Source of the DNA: Pecten maximus
Taxonomy: Eukaryota
Assembly: GCF_902652985.1 (NCBI RefSeq)
Contig: NC_047028.1
Coordinates: 27,404,001-27,468,000, forward strand
Length of the DNA: 64,000 bases
Direction: 5' to 3'
Shown here in pieces: positions 1 through 12,956 of the stretch; positions within the stretch are counted from its first letter, which is position 1, and each line of letters begins with the position of its first letter. The notes under the pieces were generated by a model. The model did not search any database. It saw nothing but the letters and a program-made list of their open reading frames with translations, and was not told where the DNA came from. Position numbers and translations under genes: made by a program.

Positions 1-16
1 ATTTCCACTTACCTAC

Positions 17-267
17 TGACGTCAAGTGCATGTGACCAGAGTCACGAGACTTATAATTACTACAGCTGATAATGACAACACACGATATATGTGTTGTATG
101 TGTGTCAGTTTACCTATGTGTATATATATATAGCGTGATACGACCTTGTTTATCAGTATATTATACAGTGTATATATGTTGATATGAACTAGGACTTTAT
201 ACTTTAAGATTATTAGCCATATCGAACATACTTTGATCAGACCTGTGGACAATATTTTAAGGTAGGT
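17..267 (+). promoter_or_regulatory. Putative promoter/5' non-coding exon of the 2812-4020 gene (perfect CRE, splice donor)
   Basis: TGACGTCA at 17-24; AAG|GTAGGT donor at 261/262; the matching acceptor (polypyrimidine + TAG, 2803-2804) lies 7 nt before the ATG. Pairing of the two sites is inference. Confidence 0.4.
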
Positions 268-679
268 TATTGTTGCTTAAAACTTAATATTTATAGGATC
301 CTATGTGTGTTATTCTACAACTCAATGCATTTTTTAGAATCCATGATAACGTTATACACAATAAGCGTGTTAACACAATAGATTTATATATGTTGCATGT
401 GTGTACTAGTATGTGTTGTCGTTTACTATGTATTGTTTCAAATTAATTATAACACGCATGGACTATCTCAGTGTTTACGACGAAAAGAAATCCTTAATTT
501 GCTCTTTATCATCAATATTGGATTCGCGTTATGTGATAGAACCGGAATCATTCTGTCAAATGTCATTTATCAATGCACATGTCTTTGTAGTTATGATAAT
601 ATACAGGATACGGTTTCATTAATATATATATATTAGCTTAAGGATAGTTCTTAGCTTAGAATTCCCTCTAGGAAAACAT

Positions 680-995
680 AACAGAATTAGAGGAGAGTTC
701 CATAATTAAGATTTTTACAAAATTTAAGGAGGATTCCTTCATAAGATTTTACAGAATTGAAGATGGGTTTCTTAACTTAGATTTTACAGAATTTAAGATG
801 GGTTCCATAATTAAGATTTTACAGAATTGAAGATGGGTTTCTTAACTTAGATTTTACAGAATTTGAGGAGGGTTCAATGATTTTAGATTTTACAGAATGT
901 AAGGAGGAATCATTAACTTAGACGTTACATAATTTAAGGACGGTTCCTTAACTAAGATGTTACAAAATTTAATGAGGGTTCCTCAACTAAAATTT
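680..995. repeat. ~35-bp minisatellite (AGATTTTACAGAATTTAAGATGGGTTCCATAATTA-like), ~9 degenerate units
   Basis: Unit repeats directly visible. Confidence 0.85.
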
Positions 996-2029
996 GTTCT
1001 TGTTAAATTCTGTAAGGCTTTCCTAATAATATGAATTCTTTAAGTAAATGACTTTCCTTAAATCGTGGAATATTGATGAAACTGACCCCTGACACCTAGT
1101 ATAGATTCTTAATATAGATAAATATAGATAGATATGATAACATTATACACTATAATTATTTAAGAACCTAAACTTTACATAAGACCTTTAATTCTCAATT
1201 TATAGCTACAAATGCATGTGATGCAGGGTTAACAGGTTGACGGAATATGTGTCCTGTGAACTATGTGAACTATAGTAATGTCATTTTAAGCACTTAGCTG
1301 TAGTGTATGGCATATATGATCGATTTGAATGACATAGCTTTGTAAGCAAAGACGTACGTGTTTATGTAATTATTGTGACGAGATATCCCGTCTATAATAT
1401 CTTTTAGCAGTCTAATTTTACTGGCATTATTGGGGGGAAACACTTTTCTGAGCATTCATTGTAATTGAAACAATTGTTTAAACTCTTTGGATGGAAAGCA
1501 ACAAACAAAGTTTGCAATTTGTACAATAAGAAATAAGCAGAAGCGTTTAGTGCTAAAATCGCTAAAAGGAGATGCTCGCTAAAATATGTAAAATTGCAGT
1601 ATGTGTTATGGGGAATTACTGGACATTGAAAAGGAAATCGCACTCAAAGTAAAGTACAAGAATTGTTTACTGTCACATTAGACAAACTTAAGTTACATAT
1701 TATTAACTTCACTGACCGTTGTGTAGTCATGTGAGGTTATGTCATTTAAAAATAAATACATATCGCCAAAATATCATTAAGAATTTTCAAATTTGATGGA
1801 CGTAGTGAAAATAATAATGGAATTGTTGATAACAGTAAGTGTACATTATCCTCGCTGTCAGGTGGTATTATAAAATTCTGATCTCGCTTCGCTCTTAATA
1901 CTCTAGAGTATAAATATCAGCTCTCATGAATTGTACATATATATCTATATCAGTATAATAAATGATAAACCATACATCAAACACATTAATATAAATATTT
2001 CATGATGACACGGTATGTAAATGATTGTA

Positions 2030-2670
2030 TGAATGTTTGGAGCCGGTATCACAGGGCGTTGAAACAAATTTCCAACACACGGTTTAAAATGTTTGTAAAT
2101 TACATGTTTATGATATAATGCATATAATTCATATCGATCGTTTGGTGTTAATTTAAACAATGCCCCGGAGACACGACACCATGACACGATATGGTCATGA
2201 TTGGTCATAAATATTTGGAACCAGAACGTTCAAAGAAATTTCCAACACACGTTTGAAATGTTTACATATTATTTGCCATGATACATAGTATAAATATATT
2301 GATCGATGGATGTTAATTTGAACAAGGCCCCTGAGGCCTGTATAGTAATATGTACTATATCGGGATATACGTTTTTTTGTATATATACATTCGACGCTGA
2401 GTTTAAATCGACATCTTTGATATCGGAGCAGTTGTATGTATTTGTCTGTATATTTGTCTGTATATTTGTATGTATATTTGTTGGGTTTAAAGGTTTCTAT
2501 CCTTGATATCGGAGCAGCCTTCTGTAAATTTCGAACGAGTGAAAATATTTGTCGCTGAGTGTAAAATTTTCCATCCTTGATATCGGAGCAGCCTTCTGTA
2601 AATTTCGAACGAGTGAAAATATTTGACGCTGGGTGTAAAACTTCCCATCCTGGACATCGGAGTAGCCTTT
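2030..2670. repeat. Intronic cluster of local duplications (~150-180-bp pair, 12-bp TGTATATTTGTC units, 74-bp tandem)
   Basis: 2030-2175 resembles 2210-2335; 12-mers at 2435-2480; CCTTGATATCGGAGCAGCC starts at 2501 and 2575, with a partial third copy near 2649. Confidence 0.8.
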
Positions 2671-2811
2671 TATGTATTTCGCATACATGCCAAACTTGAT
2701 TCCTTAGTATATGTTTTCTACGCGTATCTTTGAAATAGGAATAGCCATGTGTAACTTTTGAGAGACATTTTCCCTTATTTTTGGTCTTATTTTCCATTCT
2801 GTAGGTGAACC

Positions 2812-4020
2812 ATGGTACACGGTGGTGGATCCTGTTCCGGCGGGGGATATAGCGGTGGTGGATTCAGTGGTGGAACCTATATGTCTACTAATACTTACTA
2901 TAGAAACGGTCGTAGAAACGACTCGGAGGGCTGCTTAAAATGTATTGTATGTGTATGTCGCTGTATTGGGATATGTGTCTGCTGTAAGGGTCAGAGCCAT
3001 GTCGGCCAGATATTGATATTCTGGGCGTGGCTTGTGGTGTTATTTCTCATTACCGGATTGTCTGTGGGTCTTGGGAGATTTGGTCCTACGGATACGGCTG
3101 TCAGCCCGTCCGATATGATTATGATGAAGAGAGGAATCGACCCGACTTTCTGTGGGAGTGTGAGCGTACGAACCACGCTTCCTGTCAATACCTACCTCTT
3201 GCCTAAAGCTCCACAGATTGCGTCAGATCGTGTGAACTATTCATTTAATAAAACAACATCCATAAGTGACGACAGGTATGAATACTGGGGGTTTTACCTG
3301 ATTGCTGGTTCTGACATAACAGTTCTTACCTGTGCAGACTCCTTCGGTGATTTCTATATAGTCAAAGGAAAACACCAATTTGGACAATGGAAAAACGACA
3401 ATTATGATTCTGCCAATAACGAGAGGCATATACTCATAGGGGGATGTTCCTATCCGTTCTATAGCAGAACAAGGGTGTCCTACCACATCAGCACCACTGA
3501 TGAATACTACTTTGTCTTCGCCAATCATGGATCATCATCGATAGGTCTCGACCTTACATTCAATCTTACGCGTACTATATATGACTTGGGAGGCAATGAA
3601 AGCCTTCTTTGTGTTTCCGCAACATCATGTACCGTAGACCTGTCGAGCAGCGACTCCAAGCAAACCATTGTAGTATACGTACCACCGTTTGATGAATTTG
3701 ACTTTGACGTCACAACAGCGTGTTCCGCACTTATTTATGTTTATATTTTAATATTTTTCTTAATACCGTTCACGATTGGCAGTATTTTTACGGTCGTTGT
3801 GCTACACAGAAAAAGAAGAACTACCAGCACTCCTGTTAATGAGAGGAGGGAGCATCATGCCTTTTCAACAAATACCTCCCCGCCTCAATACCAGACGATG
3901 CCACGCGAGTCTGAACGCGAACATAAATTGACAACCCCGTCCTACGGTTTCCAGGACGACGGCATGGCCGTCCAACCCCCTTCCTATGAAGAGGCAGTCG
4001 CACGGAAGGATGGAATGTGA
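2812..4020 (+). CDS. 402-aa two-TM membrane protein with APD1-4 middle (DUF4793)-like luminal domain, Cys-rich juxtamembrane cluster and PPxY tail
   Basis: Long intact ORF, ACCATGG context, acceptor 7 nt upstream. Gly-rich N-terminus, CLKCIVCVCRCIGICVCC cluster, TM1 (ILIFWAWLVVLFLITGLSVGL), motifs YEYWGFYLIAGS and DEYYFVFAN recalled from the APD1-4 middle domain, TM2 (LIYVYILIFFLIPFTIGSIFTVVVL), PPQY and PPSYEEAV. Confidence 0.9.
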   Translation: MVHGGGSCSGGGYSGGGFSGGTYMSTNTYYRNGRRNDSEGCLKCIVCVCRCIGICVCCKGQSHVGQILIFWAWLVVLFLITGLSVGLGRFGPTDTAVSPSDMIMMKRGIDPTFCGSVSVRTTLPVNTYLLPKAPQIASDRVNYSFNKTTSISDDRYEYWGFYLIAGSDITVLTCADSFGDFYIVKGKHQFGQWKNDNYDSANNERHILIGGCSYPFYSRTRVSYHISTTDEYYFVFANHGSSSIGLDLTFNLTRTIYDLGGNESLLCVSATSCTVDLSSSDSKQTIVVYVPPFDEFDFDVTTACSALIYVYILIFFLIPFTIGSIFTVVVLHRKRRTTSTPVNERREHHAFSTNTSPPQYQTMPRESEREHKLTTPSYGFQDDGMAVQPPSYEEAVARKDGM

Positions 4021-6169
4021 CATCAGTGATGTGATTTATGATTGACACCATGGCGGTGCTGTTAAAAAACACGTTTTGCTCAAACTAGATTAGTCGGCCC
4101 ACATTGGCAACCTCGATATCTAGTCAAATGTTCGCTATAGAAGGCCTCTGGTAAGATACTATACTGGGGTAAAGAACCAAATCTATAAGGGCTGTAAGTT
4201 TGCGATTTCTTTCAACTTGTCTAATTTATGTTTTATTTTAATGATACACGTGAATTATTATCAAAGAGTTTACATTCACTTTTCGGTAGACAATATCAGC
4301 ATAACATCATTGTAACAATGGTGAATTTCAAAATGAAAATGACGCAAAAGGCGTCATACTAAAATGCTAGATACCAAAATGCTTCAGTTATACATGACCC
4401 CATTTCATTATGTCAGATCATTTGAATTTTGAATGGCATGTCTTTGGGTGAAATGAAAACACCATAGCTCAGCCATTAGCGCTGCGGAGCAGTGGGGCTT
4501 AAGTGAAGATCCGACGTGTGGTTTGCCAACCATTCGGGATCGTTTATGGGCGGCTCAGATCACAAACCGTCCTGTATTTGTGTCCTGTGACAAGAAGCAT
4601 TTACCAATTGATTTAGATAGCCTCCTTTCTTTTGTTCAGTGAGGTAGTCACCATGTCTATTCACGTAAAGATGAACCCGCCGGAAACGCAAAAGCATAAT
4701 AAGATGCAATGATTAGTTGAATGCGCCATAATAGCCGCGAACTTGTGTTTTTTTGAAATTCGGAACGAGTTCAGCCTTAAGTAGCAATAAAATAATTAAT
4801 TGTTCTCATCATAAGCACAGTTCACAAGAAAACCTCTGATCATCAATAATCCTCCATTGCCAAGCCATGCAAGTTTTACAATTTGGCGCACCTTTCTTCT
4901 GACAAAGTTATTTTCTAAAAAAAAAAAAGAATTATCTGTATAGCATGGATTCCGGATTCAAAGGAATAAAAATGAATGTAATATTCACATATCTAATAAC
5001 ACTTAACTTCTGTCCTTGATGATGTTGGCTGTGATAAAATCGTTTATATTATGTTATACTTTCTAGCCTTGTGAGATAAGTTATATAATTCCGGTAATAT
5101 TTATCTTCCATGTCCATTAATATGTGATTGTATATATGATGACAATACAAAATTATTGTGTCACCAAAGTAAACAATTGTATAATATTTACATATGCTGA
5201 TTCTAATCTGAAACTCGTAATGTTTTAGTGACGATTCAGATTGCTTTTATTCTGATACCCGTTTTAGAACTGCTTTTTGATGTTGTTTCTTTTCACTTGA
5301 AATATACAATAAAGAATATTCCCTAGTGAGTTAACATTATTCATGACTTATTTATCTTTTAGAATAAACACACATGTAACAAAGGAGATTTAACGTTTGA
5401 TTGACAACGTAGAATATACTACATGTATTTTGAATCAAGCTTTAAGCAGCACAATGATCTGTAGTCTGTGTCTTTAATGACCGATCAATATCACCCGTCG
5501 TTTATTGAGAAGCAGAACTCCTTCTTTGTTATTCGATGCCCAGTACATGTGGTTATTCAAAACAATTGAAACGCGGGTAAATATATCGACCTCTCTTGTA
5601 ACTCTTTTTTGTTTGTTTGTTTGTTTGTTTGTCTCCCCTTCTTCCTTACTAGGCATTTAATTTGTTGACTAATTGACCTTTGACCTGAAAGTAAATGTTG
5701 CAATTACCCGACTCTCTCTCATATGCGACCTCATTTTTTCCTCCCAACGTTATTTACTATACTAGTGGCCTGAATTAAGCGACCACCTGTCAGACGCGAC
5801 TAACGACCATCATTTCCGTGTCCCAAACACTGAAAAGGGACTTTTTTCAGTGAATTTCTGAATTTTAAAACGGAAGCAGAAGTCATAACCAATTAGAAAA
5901 ACCGGACGAACCTGTCCGTTTTTAAATATTGAAAGTTACTTCAGAAATGCATGATATTTCTTATTATTTCTAATAAATGTCTTCAATTCCTATTTTTTGC
6001 CCTGATAACACCCAAAAACGAACGAAACGACTTCATTTCTGGAAAAGGAGAGGAGATGGGGCGAAAAGACGTTCTAGCCATTCAGACGATTTTCACGAAG
6101 TTGTAATTGATAAAAATACAAAAAATTTCTTGTATTTGCTTGTATCTCCATTGATTCTAAGTCATGTGT

Positions 6170-6520
6170 CACAATGACCCAATGGCAGAGCACTGCACAT
6201 TTTCTTGGAATGATAAAAGTATAAACCGTCTTTCATTAAGATACTTAAACAGTTTAAATGTTATCGTCCAAACAAAGAGTTATTGCAAATAGAAAATATC
6301 GGACTTATTTGACCTTTGAACTTTGACCTTGAATATTAGTATGAGTCAGTTTTTTTCTTCGCACCACACATGTACCATGACTCTGACACTTCAAGTTATT
6401 GAGAAGCTATTTAGGTGTTTCAACATATTTGACCTCTGTGACCTTGAATATGGATCAAGATAATTTCTTTTCACAAATTTTTGTAGGGTTCATTCCAAGA
6501 ATCTATCGACAAGTTCTAGG
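6170..6520. mobile_element. Degenerate Helentron/HINE-like repeat remnant
   Basis: Repeated TTTGACCT..TGACCTTGAA motifs (6308-6333, 6428-6449), typical of mollusc Helentron-associated elements. Confidence 0.35.
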
Positions 6521-6589
6521 CCAGGTCCGCAGAAAGAATCTGTAAAAAGTACCAGATTACATAGTTTACCTAAATTCTATTCATTTATT

Positions 6590-6689
6590 TAAGGATTGAA
6601 TAATGTTATGTTGAGGTGTATGGGGGTATAAACATCAATAGGTCTTGAGACAAATTTTATGAACTCAACATAACTTTATTCAATCCTTA
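6590..6689. mobile_element. ~100-bp palindromic MITE
   Basis: TAAGGATTGAATAATGTTATGTTGAG ... CTCAACATAACTTTATTCAATCCTTA: 26-bp inverted arms with 1 mismatch. Confidence 0.6.
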
Positions 6690-7439
6690 TATTTATATTT
6701 TTTTGATATTTTGTACAATATTTTGTCTTTGACAAATAGGGACTTGTGCAAATCTACCACAGAACTTATCGAAATGTACGTTATCACTCTTCGTCTACAT
6801 ATGGTTAATACTTTTAGGATTTCTTTCGTGAACAAACTTAATAGCGAATTAAAACAAATATTAGTTTTAAAGGAATTTATTTCATATAAGTATGATCACT
6901 TTTGAAAAGGAATTAAAAATATATAGTCCAAGCTCAACAAATGTATTCCTACGCCGGACTTGATATAGTTCATTGAAAAATGACTCGAGTTAACTGTGGT
7001 AGGTTCATTGAGTCTGAATTGAGTGGAAATATAAATATTCCTTGTTGACTTCTCTGAATTTTACATTCGCTGTTTGAATATATTCAACCTTCCTATCTCC
7101 ACAGAAATACTGCTTTCGAGGTACCAATGAGCTAGCCAACGAAAAAAAACCAATATCTCAAACAATTCTCATTTGTCCAGAACTTCATGATCAGACGTGG
7201 TCTAATACATAGCTGTAATAGCATGATGCAAATAGGGCTGAGTTACTGCCTCTGATGAGAACGTTTGACCTTAGTCATCGAACGGAACAGACGTACTTGT
7301 GATAAACCTACGACTTGTTTCGATTTTGAACATTTGGCCAGTCCCCCAGATCTATGTAAGCTTTATGCAGCTTTTCGTGTGTGTGTTTCTTCAACAAACG
7401 TCTTGCTATCTTTACACTCAGACTTAACACTCTAGCACA

Positions 7440-8420
7440 GACAATACAATTCTTTTCAACGAATTCCGGCCCACATGGGGCAATATAGGAAATACAATCA
7501 CGAAGAGGTAGAGTGGCCAAAAGACATATGAATGGACATGTATTTATACTAATATAAATTACAAACATATAACAAAATTGCTTGTAACATGCTTCATGTT
7601 GTAACCTACGACTTGGAAGTCAGCTAGATTAGCTATTACAAAATCATTACACAATTGATACAGCAATAGTTTGTATTATCTTAAATTTGACATAGTGAAA
7701 TTAGATAACAACTTTAAAATATCCCCATCTTCATTATTCATCAACCAGATGTATTTTTGTTCTGGATCTAAATTTGAAAAATTGAGAGCTTTCATGCAAC
7801 ATAAATCAAATAGCTCATTCCTATCAGCATTGCATTTAGTACCTGATACTAGAAAGTGAGTTTCATCCTCGATACAGCGAGTTTCACAGTGTGTACATAA
7901 ACGTTCACTCCGGGAAATATTGTTATAGCGACCCTTTTCTATCATGAGTCTATACGCAGATATGCGTAGCTTAGCAATATGTTTTCTTGCATGAAAATTT
8001 GCTATAGATCTGGTATAGGGTTCAACCCAAAATTACATTTCAGGTTAAGGTAGCTTACCAGTTTCCCATCTAATATTTTTTCTCTTTTTTGATACCATTT
8101 TTCAATATAATATTTTTTCAAGTATTTTCTTATGAAACCCTCAAATTGAGTAGCACTGGAAAATCTATGTACTGTATTCTGCTGTATATTTAAAAATTGA
8201 TAATACAAATCTAATACAATTATGCCAAGAGTGATTATTATTTTGGCTTAGCAATTTTGAGCAATTGACAGCTTTTTGCCGTAGTGGGAATTTATCTATA
8301 GAGTGTTCAAGATGGAACCAGTATAAAAAGGTATTTTTTTAAGATATTAAAATTTACCGGGAATCTTTCAAGTTCAGAACGAACTGCAAAATTAGTACAA
8401 TGTTTACTTGCTCACTAAAT
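7440..8420 (-). mobile_element. Degenerate 3' fragment of non-LTR retrotransposon (RTE-X-like)
   Basis: Minus-strand translation gives TNFAVRSELERFP and AKLRISAYRLMIEKGRY...ERLCTHC...IEDETHFL, the post-RT CCHC-type region of LINE ORF2; frameshifts and stops present. Confidence 0.8.
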
Positions 8421-8834
8421 TTCCGCCCACACAAGTATTTACGCCTACTATTCTAAACAGTTAATGCATCAGGTGGAAAAAAAATTACACACTTGCTATT
8501 AAGATAATGATGATCTGTATTTCAATCAGATTAAAAGTGAATATTTATATATATGATGTTATACATACATAAATGAAGGAAATAGATATTAGAAACCTTC
8601 CTGAATGTGAAACAGCGATAAGTGAGGCTTAGGCCATCACGCTTTTCCGGACAGCGTGGCACGCCAATACGTCAGTGTTATTTATAGAGTGATGTACCAT
8701 TCAGTTTGCTTTGTAAAATACATGCACAGGGCATTTGACAAGAAAGCACTAGTTTAAGGTAATGTTCGTTTGGGGAGAGTTTTTGTTTGTTTGTTTTGGT
8801 TTTTTTTCCAAATAGGTAGGTAATACAATTCACA

Positions 8835-8971
8835 TTGCGTCACGGTAAGGGGGGAAAATAGGTCATGATTACGTCAAAAGTGAATTCACAGAACTGGCCA
8901 GGTGTGTGTGTGTTTGTATGTGTACTGAGGTGTGTGTATGTAAAACATGGTGACGACCAACAAAGGTAAGT
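8835..8971 (+). promoter_or_regulatory. Putative promoter/first exon of the paralogous pseudogene
   Basis: CRE-like TTGCGTCA (8835-8842) and TTACGTCA (8869-8876); strong donor AAG|GTAAGT at 8965/8966; acceptor CAG at 11231-11233. Confidence 0.45.
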
Positions 8972-10179
8972 AATCTATTCATTTGTGTTGTTTCTTACTG
9001 GGCGCATTCCAGGAGATCTGTAGCTAGATTACTTTTTTCCGGAAGCAGAATTATGGTAAATATTGTGGACAGAAATTCTAAAAAACGGTACAACTTCCAG
9101 GCCCCACTTCCACCATATTCCGTAACAAAATTCCTTTAATACACACTTATATAAGGAATATCTTGTCTATACTTTGTAGCACATGGACTTGTGTGTTAAT
9201 TTGTAAAACCGATTAGCAAAGACCTTTAATTCACACTTATATAAGGAATATCTTGTTTTTAGAAATTCTCAAATACGGAAAACTTCCATATTGGTTTTCT
9301 GTTTCGAGTATTTCGTAAAATACTTGGTACCAAATGAACTTCTGTGTTAATTTGTAAGACCTATTATTAGTAAAAGCAGAAATCTTTGACCTACATCACA
9401 GAAAAAAACAACAGCATTTGTCCGGGTTCTATCCCCTACCCTTTTTAACACTAAAACTTCATACATGAGTTCACCTTAATGAGGCAGTGTACCGCGTGCC
9501 AAAAGTCGGTCACTCTAACCGATATTGTGACTTTTGAACTACATCACATACAGATTTCAGAACTGTTGTGATTGAGTCCATACACACAAAATCCAGATTC
9601 TTTCTTCCATGCATGTGTGCAATACTTTAGATAATCAATTTTCTAAACCGTGTCATCCTGCAAAAAAAGGTGTAATATTTTCTTTTAGATATCATTTACC
9701 GGCTTTGGGTATCAAATATTCCTAATTCAGGAATAGAACCAACTTAATACAAAGTTTGAATAATTCATCTCATCAGTTGAAATAAGCACGGTTGATTTTA
9801 CACCCTAGAATGGGCGATATTATTGATCAAATTAGTCACATGAACTCTTTCACATCTGAACCCTGATATAAGATTAGTGATATTACTAAAATTCATATCA
9901 CCAAATGCAATCAAATAATTAAAAGGTGTTATCAGATCCAATTTCGTGGTAAAAGGATATCACTTATCAGTAAGCATCCATATGATTTATTTATCGTCTT
10001 AGGATTTCTAGGTATGTATTTAAATTTCACATTCGGTGGGGGACTGTAGTTCAATGATTTGTCTTGCTTGAATAAACTCAGTTTTTTTCGCTTTTGTAAG
10101 TTGATTATCATATAAATCTCTTGTTAACAATATACAGAAAAAGTATAAACTAGTAACTATATATGTAAGTGTTTGATGA

Positions 10180-10345
10180 TAGGAGCATTCCTTCGTTTCA
10201 ATAAAGTTTAAGTCGTCAAAATTAAACTTACCGGGAACTATGTATTTTTTCCAAGTAGTAAAAGTTATCATCTTGACATTATTAATATACGGCAGTTTTA
10301 CTCTCAAGAAAAACCAAAGAGTATCACTAATTACCTCAAAAACAT
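10180..10345 (-). repeat. Dispersed repeat, inverted copy of 35100-35300
   Basis: AGGAGCATTCCTTCGTTTCAATAAAGTTTAAGTCGTCAAAA...GTATCACTAATTACC is the reverse complement of sequence at 35110-35298. Confidence 0.75.
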
Positions 10346-11240
10346 ATGATATTGGTATACGATACGCCTTTCCCTATACATTTCTACGTTAATTTCATTC
10401 CATGTAGGCACAAACCCTCATATAATCATCGTTCGGACATAGATTTCATCAATATATTTTATGCATATTTCTGATATCCGAACGAAGGAACGCCGCTTTA
10501 AAGAACATATTTTTCAAAGATCACGTTTAGTGAGACCTTAGGTGTGATTAAGCAATAACGGAAAAGGGGTGTATCATTTCGTCAGTACGTGTGAGGGTGT
10601 GTGTGAGATTACATGCGTGTGTGCTCAATACGATCATGGTACCGTTAAACTTAAACCGAAACATAAACTTAGACATTATAAATAACACTCAACTACTGCA
10701 TAAGTGAAAACATAAAGATATTATATATCATGATACAAATAATATAATTAACAACATCAATATTAGTTTTTGATGGACAGGTCTTAATACAGCATAATAG
10801 TGTTGCGCGAAATTTAATATACGCAAACGAGTTTCCGACTTTCACAACCGCGAAATATTTACCCCGTCAAATTTAACAACAATACAGTATGTGATGTTAT
10901 TCTCTGAGTAGCTACTATATTATCCTTGTTTCGTTTACTTACTATTTAAATTTGAGTTTCTAAGTCTTGCAACAAATACGAAAGTTAGACAAACTTCTCA
11001 TCAGTCAAAGTAAACGATACTACATTGTTATCAATGAAGCCAACTTTGCAAAATATATCAGTATGTACAGAAATAACAAAAGTGCCGCAATACCTTTCTG
11101 TCTTCACAGGCTTCTTCGTCTAGCCTTAAGAGACAGAAAGACCTTGCAGAAGTCTTGATGTTTTGTTGTTTTTTAATGCTTTCCTTCGCAAGGAATTATT
11201 TTTACATTGCTAACATATTTTTTTACTGAACAGGTTGATC

Positions 11241-12553
11241 ATGGTTCACGGCAGTGGTTCTTGTTCTGGTTCTGGTTCTGGAGGAAGTGGTTGGGATAGA
11301 AGTAGCAGCGATACCTATATTAGCATTCCTACATGAAGAAGGAAACGTCGCTTAGATAGACACGGAAATGGATTGAGCTCCGACGATTGCAAGGAATGTT
11401 TTCCCGGTATCGGTCTCTGTTTTGGATGTAGAGGCAAACATCACGTTCATCGGATATACAAAATTTGGACTTGGCTTTTCATCGTGTCTTTCGAGACGGA
11501 AATGGTTGTCGGGTTTTGCCACTTCGTTCCAGCAGATATTCCCGCAAGTCCATCAGATGTGATTCCGATCACGCGAGAGATCCATCCGTCATTTTGAGAA
11601 GGTGTTAATATTGATACAACTCTCCCTGTTTGCACTTTTATTCTACCGTCACCGCCTGTCCTGGCGTCGACAAAGGTAAAAAACGCCATCACCCAGACTG
11701 CATTTGTGGCTGCCGAGGTACGAGTATTCGGAATTCTATCTTCTCTCCTGCTCCATCGTAGAACTAAGCATTTGTGGTGACGATGTCTGGGATATGTATA
11801 TCATCAGTGGAACTGGCAATTTTTATTTATGGCGAGATGATAACTATAACCAGGAACGTACAAAAAGGCCGTGTGAACAACCAAATCCTTCCGGGACAAC
11901 AATAAAGTACAGTTATCGTCAGTGATGAACACTACTTCGTTATAGCGAATCACAACTCCGGACCGTTAGGTGCTAGCATAACTTTCACATTGAACCGTAC
12001 AGTGTATGATTTGCGACATCGTGCAGAAGTCTGCAACAATTCAATGCACTGTCACGTTGACCTTTCGGGAGATAACGCGTATAAATGAATTGTTGTGCAC
12101 GTACCAGAATCTGATGAATTTGATTTTAACATGGAAACCACCTGTTTACGAAGAAATAAGGTTTCCATCTACATATTTTTGGTGGAACCTCTCGTTATTG
12201 GTATCTTTGGAACAAGGTTAGTAGTTTACTTTAAAGGTCGAGCCAACACAATGTGCAGAGCCGTATCTAAATATGAGAGTCCTGATCTCACAACATTACC
12301 GTCATCACAAGGTTATCAGACACCTAAAAATGACTGTCGAGCTAACACAACGTGCAGAGCCGTATATAGATATGAGAGTTCTGATCTCACAACATTACCG
12401 TCACCACAAGGTTATCAGACACCTAAAAATGACTGTCGAGCAAACACAATGTGCAGAGCCTTATATATATATGAGAGTCCTGATCTCCCAACATTATCCT
12501 TTCCACAAGACCCTCCGTCATATGAGGGAGCTGTTAAATCACAGTATAGTTGA
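11241..12553 (+). pseudogene. Decayed tandem paralogue of the 2812-4020 gene
   Basis: MVHGSGSCSG start, SPSDVIPITREIHPSF, TTLPV, RYEYSEFYLL, DEHYFVIANH, LNRTVYDL, VHVPESDEFDF and PPSYEGAV are colinear with the intact gene; in-frame TGA at 11334 and 11595 plus several frameshifts. Confidence 0.9.
12237..12510 (+). repeat. 99-bp (33-codon) tandem repeat, ~2.7 copies, in the pseudogene tail
   Basis: RANTMCRAVSKYESPDLTTLPSSQGYQTPKNDC unit repeated. Confidence 0.9.
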
Positions 12554-12829
12554 ATCAGCAGGAATACATGCTTATATCTAAACCTGAAATCGATTTCGTT
12601 TAGATAGACGCACATGCCGCATAATGAACACTGAACTGCATGATACTAAGTGAACAAAGTGATCAATCAACATTAAATTAGATGAAATACTATCATTTTA
12701 CTAATTGCTCAAATTAGTATAGCCATGTCTCAGACAAATGACCGACCATGACAACGTTACACATCACGGACAACATGGTTTACTATCAGGAACTTGCGTC
12801 TTGGAAATTAGTGTATTTAGTTGATTTGG

Positions 12830-12956
12830 TGGAAATAATCGCGTGCCAATATTCTCAATTGTTATTATATTCGCGTGTGGATAATTTCGCGGAGATTTAA
12901 TGATCGCGTAATAAGGGGAAATTTCCACGCCGCGAACATTTCCACTTTTACAGTAC
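12830..12956 (-). mobile_element. End of TA-flanked CTGTA-terminal MITE (Tc1/mariner-pogo type); relatives near 10770-10890, 18735-18900, 45600-45730, 52245-52540
   Basis: CGCGAACATTTCCACTTTTACAG|TA terminus with internal TTCGCG/CGCGAA repeats shared by all copies. Confidence 0.6.

Noticed and set aside
2195-2797. 200-aa minus-strand ORF
   Set aside because: Built from intronic 74-bp and 12-bp tandem repeats; no protein motifs; lies antisense in a probable intron.
11334-11597. In-frame TGA codons as selenocysteine (one replaces a Cys)
   Set aside because: Accompanying frameshifts and loss of conserved residues point to ordinary decay; no SECIS recognised.
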